This document shows positions 39,611 through 49,790 of a stretch of 64,000 nt of DNA, piece by piece. Position 1 is the stretch's first letter, and each line of letters starts with the position of its first letter. The notes beneath the pieces were generated by a model. That model worked only from the letters and a program-made list of their open reading frames with translations. It had not been told where the DNA came from and ran no database searches. The stretch lies in assembly GCA_010093815.1 (NCBI GenBank), contig ML996585.1. The stretch is one strand, 5' to 3'. Origin of the DNA: Pseudovirgaria hyperparasitica (lineage: Eukaryota). A program made the translations under genes and the position numbers.

Positions 39611-40704
39611 ATGACCATGCCGCCTCCTCCACCTTCCGTAGCCTCATCCAGCCACGCTTCTATCTTTACAAGTCTGGCTGCCCACATACGCGGCTCAATC
39701 ATCATCACTCCATGGCTGCTCTATCTGCTTGCTGCTGATGTCGCCTTGTCTCTGCTGCTGCCTGTCAAGCTCGTCCTCCCCACTCCCACTTATCACCTGT
39801 GCTCCCTTATAGCCGGCTCCGTCTGGGCTTGGATCCAGCACATCTTCGTAGACTACAACAACGCCAACATCATTGTCGAGTCCAATACCGACGGTGCTAC
39901 CATCCCGTTCCGAGAATCTGCCATTGTCGTTGCCAATCATGTCTCGTGGACTGACTTCTACCTCATCCAAGACCTGGCTCAACGCGCCGGCATGCTGAGC
40001 CGATGCAGGTGGTTTGCTAAGAAGTCACTCAGATGGGTGCCTTTTCTCGGCTGGGGGCTCTGGGCTATGGGTATGCCTCTTGTGAGTAGGAAATGGACCT
40101 CTGACCGTCGTGAGCTGAACAAGGTCTTTGATGGAATCGTGCAACGGAAGTGGCCAGTGTGTGAGTCTCGCACACTTCCGGCCCTGATTCTTGCTATTCT
40201 TGCTATTCTTGCTATTCTTGCTATTCTTGCTATTCTTCTTCTTCTTCGTCAGACCAGCTAACCCGCTCTGCAGGGCTCATCTCCTACAGCGAGGGCACCC
40301 GCTTCACTCGGCGTAAGCATGCCTCCACCCTATCCTTCTGCGAGTCCCGGAACCTGCCCATCCCAAAGCATACACTCTGGCCGAGAACCCGAGGCTTCGT
40401 GTCCACCGTCCAGGCTCTGCGCAAGACCTCGCATGTTCGCGCCGTCTACGACATGACCCTCGCCTACTCCTCACAAGGCTCCTTCATGACCGCCCCTAGC
40501 TTCTGGGCAACCATTGCTGCCCCGCTCAACGGAATTCGCGGTGATCTGTCCCGAGCAGGGCATCGCTTCTTTGTACGACTCGACAGATTCGACCTCGACG
40601 ACCTTCCCGAGTCGGACGAAGAGCTCGGGCTGTGGCTCGAGAGTCGCTGGCTCGCCAAGGACAGGAAACTACAAGAGCTTGAAAGGATGTGGGAGCTTGA
40701 TTGA
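39611..40704 (+). CDS. Lysophospholipid acyltransferase (PlsC/AGPAT family)
   Basis: Catalytic NHVSWTD, FAKKSLRWVPFLGWG, intron 40161-40273, then WLISYSEGTRF and LWPRTRGF. Confidence 0.9.
40187..40240. repeat. (ATTCTTGCT)x5 tandem repeat inside the acyltransferase intron
   Basis: Perfect 9-mer units within intron 40161-40273. Confidence 0.9.
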
Positions 40705-41038
40705 CGCCGACCGCCGTGACGTGACGACATCCACCCCGCCTGCTGTGCTCTGTCCTCGGGACTCCATGTTTCAGGTCTTGATTCCTGCTCACATTGCACT
40801 TGGGAATATCGCACATCCCTGTCGTATGACCGACCTGTCGTGCCACATCGACTTGTCCACCTCGCTCCGTTGGCCGCCTGTCAACGAGAACCCATTGACC
40901 GCTTGTCTGAGACGTCCATCACGTACTGTCCATCACTACTCACCCTCCAATACGCTGTCCGTCTCTGTCACCACTCTGAAACGAAGACTTTTCTTATCTC
41001 GACTTGGCTGGACGACACACCCACGGCTCTGCGTGTGA

Positions 41039-41420
41039 GGACAAACCTTGAAATTGGCGACTGGTTGTGTTCATGACAGTGTCGTAGCCTCGGCCAAGTA
41101 GCATGTGCATAGCATATCGCAATGTCGTCGTGGAGACAAATTCCATGGAAAGTCCCAGACTGTCTTGTGGGTATGCTTGATAGTGTCGCAGTCGCAGCCG
41201 GGCTGCGTGTGCGTAGCATATCACCGTGACAGCAGACCTTGACACCTTCGACTGGACACGCTATATATTGTGCGGTAGGCTGGGCCACGTAGCGCGCGCA
41301 AGAACTGTGCGCGCATATTATTCGGACATATCATGGAAAGCCTCGAAACTGTCTTATGGCCTGGCTTTAGACAGAGAAGCTGTCGCGGCCAAATAGTGTG
41401 TGCATACAATCTCGCGGCAT
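41039..41420. repeat. Degenerate ~191-bp tandem duplication built from ~95-bp subunits
   Basis: ACCTTGA at 41045/41236, GGCCA.GTAGC at 41092/41283, and CATGGAAAG..ACTGTCTTRTGG at ~41144/41332. The subunit motif (A/G)GCC...GTGC.TAGCATATC recurs at 41092, 41196, 41283 and 41387. Confidence 0.65.
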
Positions 41421-42377
41421 AAACGTTTGAACGAAGCTATACAAACCTCGGACCTATCTTCTAGCTATGCTTCAAATAGCGTAGTAGTCGCTACCAAGCA
41501 GCGTGTATGTAGGATAATATTACTTTATCATTCAGATAAGGCTACGGTAATCCCTGAGGACCACCTCTAGCTGTGCTTGAAAGAGGCCCTTCATCTACCA
41601 CATAGCGCCCATACCACAAACAGCCATGACTATTCACTCATCTGTCTATCCTAGAACTTACGAATTCTAATCATGGGAATCTAACTCCAGACGTCATCCA
41701 TCGCTCGCCACTTCAAGACCTTCTGCTTCGAAGCACCACACTAAACACAATCTTCCTCCAGTATCTCTGCATCGAGACACCGACAGCATTCCCCCTCCCC
41801 TTCGAAATCCTCCACATCCGCGACAATCCCCACCTTGTCGACCGCTTTCGCCTCGACAACAAAGATCTAACCGCCGCGCTTCACGACATCAACCTCTCCT
41901 CCCCACTCCACTCTCCACACTCACCTCGTCGTCCCGGCCCACCCCGCTCAACAACCCACCGTCATCAATCTCGAATCTATCCCGACGCAGATACGCCAGC
42001 AGCTCCGGATCGCAATGCACACAAAAATACATCTAGACAGCGAGCCTGCATTCCCGCCTCTGGAGCGCCTTGATCCGCAGATACGCCTGCATGTGCTCGT
42101 CGTTTGGCATGCCTAGGTACCGAGCCCACAGCTGCTCGAGTATCTTTCTTGCTGTTAGCACTCGTGTCGTGTGCATGTCTGGCAGGTTGTTGGAGTGCTG
42201 GACACTCTCACCCTCGTTCACACTCTGTATCCCCTGCAGTCTCTTAAACAACACTGTCCGCTCTCGCGCAAGGGGGTGCGTGTGTCGGGCCATGTTTAGC
42301 TGGAGTTTTAATCGAGAGTGTAATGAGGGGATTGGGTCCGAGAAATGAGAATGCTGCAAGATAGATCTTAGTTGGGT

Positions 42378-42415
42378 AGGTATGGTATGGTATGGTATGG
42401 TATGGTTGAGGTATG
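42378..42415. repeat. (GGTAT)n pentamer repeat
   Basis: Same unit as the 30.6-kb tract. Confidence 0.85.
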
Positions 42416-43071
42416 GTAATACATGACTGTCGCATTAACATACTCCCACTCTCCGTGCCTTCCCTTCCCTTCTTTCCACATCATCGCGTCGAAATCACGA
42501 CCCAGTCGCCAGCAGTTCCATGGAAAGAAAGGGTGCTTGGCCCGCCCCTACCCACGCGCAGCAGTCTCGATGGATCCTCCAAACCCGCCAACCAACCCTT
42601 TTTATTTTTTTCTCTCTCTCTCTTGGGCATGATGTCAGCGCTCTGAACCCTCCTCATCCGCCCCCGGGCCCTTCCTAGAAAGAAAGAAAGAGAAAATATA
42701 TACTACCCACCAACTCAACTCAGGCGCTCTGAACAACAGCATAAATCCCCACTTAACACCACACTATCGCATCTCAATCCATGGATCTAGCATGGGGCAT
42801 TGTAATATTCTGTCCTATCCTCGATGCCAAATTCCACATTCTCGATTCCGCACATACCCGTTCTATCTATCTATCCAGCCGGGTGTGCGTAATGGCTATA
42901 TAAACACGCCCTTCCCATCCGTACCTGGGCTTGTTTCTACTTCCTCAAGATATACATATTCGCACTTCCATTTCCAATCTCGCGTATTATACACATACCT
43001 ATCGTCACTATCCCACATACCCAGCAGCACACAACCCAACTCCCAACAACACCAAACACCACTATCCACCC

Positions 43072-43191
43072 TACCCACCAGCACACTATCCCCCTACCAC
43101 AACACCATATACCCGCTTCCCACATACCCACCAGCACACTATCCCCCTACCACAACACCATATACCCGCTTCCCACATACCCACCAGCACA
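43072..43191 (-). repeat. Perfect 53-bp tandem duplication; probable inverted homologue of the 44.4-46.1 kb array unit
   Basis: GCACACTATCCCCCTACCACAACACCATATACCCGCTTCCCACATAC recurs at 43081 and 43134 (period 53). Confidence 0.85.
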
Positions 43192-43226
43192 AACACACAC
43201 CCATACCCACCCGCAAAACAAACGAA

Positions 43227-44228
43227 ATGTGCAATCCAGCCCTGCACAACGCCGTCCGCGCCGCGTACCCGGGTATGCCCCCGCCTACCTGCCCGTACCA
43301 CAGACGGCTTCTTGCCCGGCAGGATGCTGCTGCGCGGGTAGCGAGGAGTGTGGATGTGGGGTTTGGGGGTGGAGGGGGGGAGGGGTTGGAGGGGGATGTA
43401 GAGGGTGAGGGGGATTGTGAGGTAGAGGGGGAGGGGGATGAGGAGGGGGAAGGGGAAGGGGACGAGGAGGGGGATGAGGATGAAGAGGGGGATGAGGATG
43501 AGGAGTCAGAGGGGGATGAGGAAGAGGAAGAGGAGACGGAAGAGGAGACGGAAGAAGACCGAGACGCGCGTGTCGTGGCGTGGATCCGCGCGTTTCGGCG
43601 CAGGTACACGGCTGCAAGGGTCATTGTGGTGGTGGCTAGAGGGGCTGGCGGGTGTGATGCTTGTGTGGTATGTTTCTTTTCTCCTTTTTACTCTCCCTCC
43701 CTTTTCCCTTTTCCTATACCATACCTTTCTTTCGCTCTCCTTCCAAGGGGCTTTTGTTCTTTGTCCCGTTTTCAAGGGGCAAAGGGGCTAATACAGTGAT
43801 ACAAACAACAGGCCAGCGAGCCGTCTGCTACGGCCCGGCTGTGCGATTTGCACTTTGGCATCTTGATGGCTTTGGACAGGGCGGCGAGGTGGAATCGGGG
43901 GAGGGGCGTGGGGAAGAGTGTGTGGGAGGAGGAGGAGGAGGATGAGGGGGAGGATGAGAGTGAGACGGAGGGGGAGACGGAGGGGGAGACGGAGGGCGAG
44001 AGCGAGGACGAAAGCTCGGAGGGGGTGACTAAGAGCGAGGACGAGAGCTCGGAGGAGGAGACCTCAGACGAGGAAGGAGAAGAGAGCTCCTCAGACGAGA
44101 CCTCAGACGAGAGCTCGGAGGAAAGCTCGGAGGAAAGCTTAGGCCAAAGCTCAGAGAAAAGCTCGGAGGAAAGCTCCGAAGAGGACAGCGGCAGCGAGAG
44201 CGAGGTGGACAGTTTGTATCTATACTAG
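43227..44228 (+). CDS. Orphan acidic protein with CPYH, CDAC and CDLH motifs
   Basis: ATG at 43227. Phase-0 intron 43668-43811 (GTATGT..GCTAAT..CAG) joins two ORFs in frame, giving about 285 aa with two E/D/S-rich tracts. Confidence 0.6.
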
Positions 44229-44357
44229 ATACATAGCATTGTAATTTGGAGTTCAGGGTTCGACATTCTCTAGTTTCTGACATGTACATGTGTGAATAAT
44301 GCGCGATAGACGGTGTGATGTGTTGTATATGATGTAGAAAGGTCGTGGTAAGGAGCG

Positions 44358-45258
44358 GGTGTAGTATAGGGTTATGTGGATATGTGATACGGGAAGAGGG
44401 GTTGGGAGTATAGATGGTGGGGGATTAGGGAGTTTTACTGGTAGGAGAAAGTAGGACAAGGGGTATCTAGTAGAGAGTAGAGTAGTTCTACCTTTGGAAG
44501 ATAGTCTCTAGATAGGTATATAATAGAAAAGAGAGGAGTTTTACTCTAGTTAGTATAGAATCTATTCTTCTTTAAGAATAAGAATAAGTAGATATTCTAT
44601 TAGATAAGAAGGTTTAAGAGTATAGATAGTATAGAATTTAGTATTTCTACTATTAGAAGAGAGTAATTATAAGAGTATCTAGTATAGAGTTAGATAGGTT
44701 TACTATTAGAGAAGACGTTTAAAGATAGTACTTAGAATAGAGTTAAGTAGTTCTACTCTAAGTAGTATATAGAATATCTACTATCTAGTATCATAGTAAG
44801 TAAATATACTACTAGAGACGAGTATATAAAAGATTATCTAGTAGAAGCTTCGATAGCTTTTATTAAAGAGATAAGTAGATTAGAGTATATCTAGTATAAT
44901 AGTATATAGATTTATCGCTAGAAGTAAGTAGTTACTAGTCTATCTAGTATAAGATTAAATAGTTCTACTCTAGTTAATATATAGTATATATACTCTTTAG
45001 TATAGAATTAATTAGCTCTACTATTAGAAATATATAAGTAATAGTATAGATAGTATAAGCCTAGATAGCTTGTCTTCTAGAAATTAGTAGTTAAAGGTAT
45101 AGAAAGTATAAGTTTAGAAAGTTCTACTTTAGCTAGTAAATTAACTATCTATTATCTAGTATAAGATCGAGTAGATATACTAGTAGATAGATGTAGTTTA
45201 GAGAGTATCTAGTATATAGGTAAGCTATTCTACTACTAGAAGAGAGTAGTTATTACTA
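44358..45258 (+). repeat. 53-bp-period array, block 1 (17 units), RIP-like AT-rich
   Basis: Units start at 44358, 44411, 44464 and every 53 bp to 45206, with no indels. Consensus TATCTAGTATARRNNTAAGTAGTTCTACTANTAGAAG plus ~16 variable nt. Confidence 0.92.
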
Positions 45259-45905
45259 TTACGGAACTTATAACAATAAAGTAAGCTCTAAAGATAGTAA
45301 GAGTAGGAACTACCTACTAGAACACTATATAGTTACTTGATGTAGACTTGGGAACTACATCAATTAGTTAGCCTTTACCAAGCGATGACTTACACTTGTC
45401 CTTAACAGTTACCGTAACTACTTCTGTATAAGTAATGTAGGCAATAGCTACCAGGCGGTCGGTTAATATAAAACAACCGACCGCAGACTAGATAGTGAAT
45501 GACATGCTTTATAACTAACTTGTCTTTGAATTATCAAGTAACTCAATAGTAGTATAGAGTATATGTATTATAAGATTATATAGACGCCCATGGCGCCGAC
45601 AGGCCACCCATTCCCCCGGTACCTCATAACGGGGACTTCACCGCAAGACAGCAAGCCACAATTATGGCTACTCATTCAGCAAACTCTCGCCCAACAAGCG
45701 GATATGCCTCGAGATAACGCACCGGACCTCGGTAGGTAACGGCGGAATATTCATGGTTCGACGATGGTAAAGACGGTCGTGGTTTCAGACTATAAGAGAT
45801 TGGCTTTTTCTAACCTAACCTAGATCGAGGTTTCGGGGAAGGGGACGTTATTTTCGCCCGGCTCGGATACGTACATCTGTAACGTGTATATTTTCATTGA
45901 TCGGG
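45257..45905. mobile_element. Hairpin-rich non-coding insert interrupting the 53-bp array (possible solo LTR or other TE remnant)
   Basis: Begins TATTACGG (RIP form of LTR-like TGTTACGG). Complementary CCGTAAC at 45412 and TCTGTAAC at 45876. Contains several perfect inverted repeats. No convincing target-site duplication. Confidence 0.35.
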
Positions 45906-46155
45906 TTCTAATCATAAGACTAAGTAATTCTATTAGTAGAAGAGTATATCTAGGAGTATAGATAGTATAAGGCTAAGCAGTTCTACCAACACAAGAGGGT
46001 CCCTAAGATAGTGTCTTATAGAGATTTAAGTACTTCTATTCTACTCTCTATATGCTATATTAACCATCTAGTATAAGCCTACATAGATCTACTCCTAGAA
46101 GAGTGTAATTCCATATACATCTAGTAGAGAAATCTAGACTTCGATGTCTGGACGC
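45906..46155 (+). repeat. 53-bp-period array, block 2 (5 units)
   Basis: Units at 45906, 45959, 46012, 46065 and 46118 align gap-free to the block-1 consensus, e.g. CATCTAGTATAAGCCTACATAGATCTACTCCTAGAAG. Confidence 0.88.
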
Positions 46156-46412
46156 CTCAACCCAGTATGCCAGGACACATACACACATGGGATGCGAATA
46201 TTAGTACGGTGTGATATAGCAGAGCCGGTAGATTGTCTGTGTATTTGTATGCATATACACGTAACAGTGGGATATGTGCGGGTGCGCGAAAGAGGATATA
46301 TACGCAACGCAACGCAACCGAACATCCCGATCTATCCAACACTACAAAAACCACAAATCCATATTCCCGGCCCAAGATATCTGGCGTCTACACTTCAAGA
46401 CCATCGTGCACA

Positions 46413-48170
46413 CTACTCCCTGCCCTTGCCCTTGCCCTTGTCCTTGACGACAACGTCCCGGTCACTTCCACTCCCACTCCCATCCCCCGCCTGCCCCTTG
46501 ACCGCGTCCCGAGCTAGGTGCCGGCCCTCGACGACATTCCCGCCCCTGCCCAGCATGAGATGCTCGACATTAATCTTCGGCCCGGTAAACCAGTGCCGCG
46601 CGCTCCAGTACCACCACATCATGACAAACAGCATCGGCGCGCCGTAGCACAGCACCGTCCAGTTCATCTCGTCGAGCGTCAGCCGACTGCCCGTCAGCGC
46701 GGGAAAGCACAGCACCGGCACCATCAGCGCGACGAAGCCCAGCCCAACGACGCCGATCGGCACGCTCCAGCGCCCGAGATGCCAGGGTCCGCGGCGGAAG
46801 CGGTTGCCGACGAAGAAGACCTTGATGAAGATGGGGATGGTGAAGGAGACGAAGGAGGTGATGGCGCCGATGCTGAAGAGCGCGCCGACTGCGACGTCGC
46901 CGGCGAAGATCAGCAGTAGGAGGAGGTTCCCGATGAGTGCGTTGATCCAGACTGCGTTGACGGGTGTCTTGGCGCGCGGGTGCACGCGCGCCCAGTACTT
47001 GGAAAGGGGGAAGCAGCCGTCGCGGGCGTAGGCAAAGGTGACGCGGCTCGCGGCAATCATGCAGCCCTGGCCCATGAAGAAGCCTGCGACGATGGTGAGG
47101 CTGAGAATGGCGATGGCGATGCGCTGCGGGAGGCACTGGATCAGGTACGCGGCGTACGGGTCGCCGAGGTCCGAGTCGAGGGCGCCGGCGATATCGACGA
47201 CGGTGTATGCGACGACGAGCTGCAGAAAGAAGCCGAATGTGCCGCCGGTGATGGACGTCAGCACGATGGCGCGTGGGGAGGCGATGCTTGCGTTGGAGCA
47301 TTCCTCCGCGAGGTGGAAGGGCGAGTCGTAGCCGCTCATGGTCCAGATGACGGCGACAAAGGACATGAGCACGGCGAAGCCGGCGGGAAAGTCGGTGCCC
47401 GGGTAGATGGAGCCCCAGACTTCGGCGGAGGAGGTGAAGCGGGAGAGACCACGGGATTCTCGGTCTGTCGCGGCGGGAATGAGGATCACGACGACGATGA
47501 GGGCGACAAAGTTGAATGTAGAGCCCCAGGAGTTGATCTGGGCGATCCAGCGCGTGGGCATCGAGGAGATGATGGCGTGCAGGATCATGATAAACGTCGT
47601 CAGAAGGAAGACCTGATAGTTCTGCGGCGTATAGTCCGGGTTCACGATGCTCACAGCACCGAGCAACATGGCGGCGGTCCCGTAATTCACACTGGGAGCA
47701 GCAGTGATCTGGGACATCCAGTTACTCCATCCCGTGATCCAGGCAGCCAGCGCACCCCATCCCTCAGGCGCAAGAACAGCAGCGGCATAGTACAAGCCTC
47801 CCGACGTTGGCATGGAACTGCAGATTTCGGCCATGGACATGGCGACACACTGAAGGCCGAACATGGCCACGATCCATCCCCACGTCATGCCAGCGGTTCC
47901 AGCATATCCCATTCCATAGTACAGCGTGGATGCAAAGCTGGGAAGAAGCCCCAGCACGGCGAACGAGACGCTGAAGGTGGTGTAGAGGTTGAAGTCCCGC
48001 TTGAACTCGGGCTTGTAGCCCAGAGATGCGAGCAGTTCATCGTCGCTCGAAGAGAAGCCATGTGGGTCGAAGGCGATGTCACCGTCGGGAAGGACCGAAG
48101 TCACAGGCTCGTCGCCGACTGACTTTGCGCGGTAGTCTGGCAGGTCGGACGACGGAGACGAGGCGACCAT
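46413..48170 (-). CDS. APC-superfamily amino acid/GABA/polyamine permease (ACT family, Uga4/Tpo5-like)
   Basis: Intronless 585 aa with about 12 TM segments. Motifs LGYKPEFKRDF, SMAEICSSMPTSGGLYY, GYDSPFHLAEE, ASRVTFAYARDG and WFTGP. Confidence 0.93.
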   Translation of the reverse strand: MVASSPSSDLPDYRAKSVGDEPVTSVLPDGDIAFDPHGFSSSDDELLASLGYKPEFKRDFNLYTTFSVSFAVLGLLPSFASTLYYGMGYAGTAGMTWGWIVAMFGLQCVAMSMAEICSSMPTSGGLYYAAAVLAPEGWGALAAWITGWSNWMSQITAAPSVNYGTAAMLLGAVSIVNPDYTPQNYQVFLLTTFIMILHAIISSMPTRWIAQINSWGSTFNFVALIVVVILIPAATDRESRGLSRFTSSAEVWGSIYPGTDFPAGFAVLMSFVAVIWTMSGYDSPFHLAEECSNASIASPRAIVLTSITGGTFGFFLQLVVAYTVVDIAGALDSDLGDPYAAYLIQCLPQRIAIAILSLTIVAGFFMGQGCMIAASRVTFAYARDGCFPLSKYWARVHPRAKTPVNAVWINALIGNLLLLLIFAGDVAVGALFSIGAITSFVSFTIPIFIKVFFVGNRFRRGPWHLGRWSVPIGVVGLGFVALMVPVLCFPALTGSRLTLDEMNWTVLCYGAPMLFVMMWWYWSARHWFTGPKINVEHLMLGRGGNVVEGRHLARDAVKGQAGDGSGSGSDRDVVVKDKGKGKGRE

Positions 48171-49790
48171 TTCTGGCGGAATTGATTGTTCGAAAGCGGT
48201 ATTTCGAGGGACGTGTTACTTCGGACGTAGACGCCAAGAGGCGTGAACGGCGGTAGCAGCAGTCACACGCGGTCTTGGGGATGAGAGCCAGATGGCGAAG
48301 TGAAGCATGGAAAAGAAGACTGGCGACGAGGAACAGAAGTCACAAAGGCACGCGAGCAGCGAGACGTCAGCGATAAGTAGCGTGGAGACGTCGATGGCGA
48401 TGGCGATGTTGATGTGGATATGGCAGCAAGTTTTCTTCAGTGGGGTGGAGAACTGGAGAGCACTGAGCACTGATGAGTAGGAGTGTATGTGCTATGCCTT
48501 ACAGGGTCCCGATCTGTGGTTCCTCTTCGCCTGGCCCCCGGAAGGATGCTGATGCTGCCCAATTGTCGCTACGTTTTCGCCGGATATGGATGTTTCGAGT
48601 GAATGGCAAATAACATGGATGCAAATCAAAGGGCGCATGCGCATGCAGCCCGGCGAAGGCGAGACTAATATGTTGTTGTATTGCACCACCAGGCAGGTGT
48701 AGTTCCAGTATCTATTCGGTGGTGCAACGTCAGGCTTGCGACAGCGTGTGGAGAGGAACTCGATACTGATCCTGATACCGTTGACGGATGACACCGATAC
48801 GGGCTGGCCTGGTGGACGGTGGTTGTGATGGTGGCGGCGGCGGTGGTGTTGTTGTAGATAAGGGAGGCATCATGGTGCATGAAGGCGTCCTGGGCAGTGG
48901 GCCGCCCGTTTGGCCGCCTACATTATAGTATACAGGGAGTTATCTTGGGCGGGTTTTGCTGTGATATATCATCCATCGACATATCGCGATAACTGGTCAG
49001 CTCTGTAACGACCGCCGTCGAAATGCTCCAACACTAGGCCGATGCGTTGATGTGTGGTTGGTGATTGTTGATGTATATACAGAGAACAGTGAACGACAGA
49101 GGTGAGTGAGGGTCAGGGGTGGAGCCTCAGCAGCGCCATACCGCGACCCCACACAGGCTATATACACTCCGGCCCTCGCTGTAAATACCGACAGTGGGCA
49201 CCGGTCCGCCGTGTGTGCATGCATGCTTGCTTTGGCCAATTCTGCGCTCCACTTCTTGTCATGGTACATACAACGCTTTTCTGCTCCTCAAGTCAGGCCG
49301 ATACTGTAGCGCTTGTTCACTCACCCTCCTTGGGACTTTACCTGATATCAGGCATTACCATCGCTGACTCGAACGACCACTTACCCACACTTTAGCTCAC
49401 GAGAGCCCTGGCGAGCAGTTATGGCTGTAGGCTGAGCTGTCTGCCACCTTGAGCCCGCACGTCTTGGACAACGATTGTAGAGAAGTGGAGTAGAGGAGCG
49501 CATGGTCGACTGCCTGCTGTCAGGACCATGCAACCTCCTGCTGAAAGAGTCTAGAATTGAAGCCTATGTATACAAAAAATATGTCGTTCGTTGCCATGGT
49601 ATAGAAATATCTCTCTCAAGTCCAATGACTTCTGTCTCGCTGGGTATAAGCATGTCTTCTCACGCGTGAATCTGACAAAAGAACTCGCTGGCTGTGCTGT
49701 GTGTCTAATGGGACTGAATGAGAACACGTCAAATCTCTTCATGGCGCGCTCCAAATACGTGGACAAAAACAAAAGAAACCCTGTCAGGAA

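Noticed and set aside
44641..44660. ATTTCTACTATTAGAAG resembles the Cas12a direct repeat (AATTTCTACT..GTAGAT)
   Set aside because: The match is short and AT-rich in RIP-like DNA. The core is too variable between units, the context is eukaryotic, and there are no cas genes, so the array is not called CRISPR.
46570..48122. Long alternative-frame and antisense ORFs over the permease (also over rglA and palC)
   Set aside because: Expected shadow ORFs of GC-rich coding sequence.
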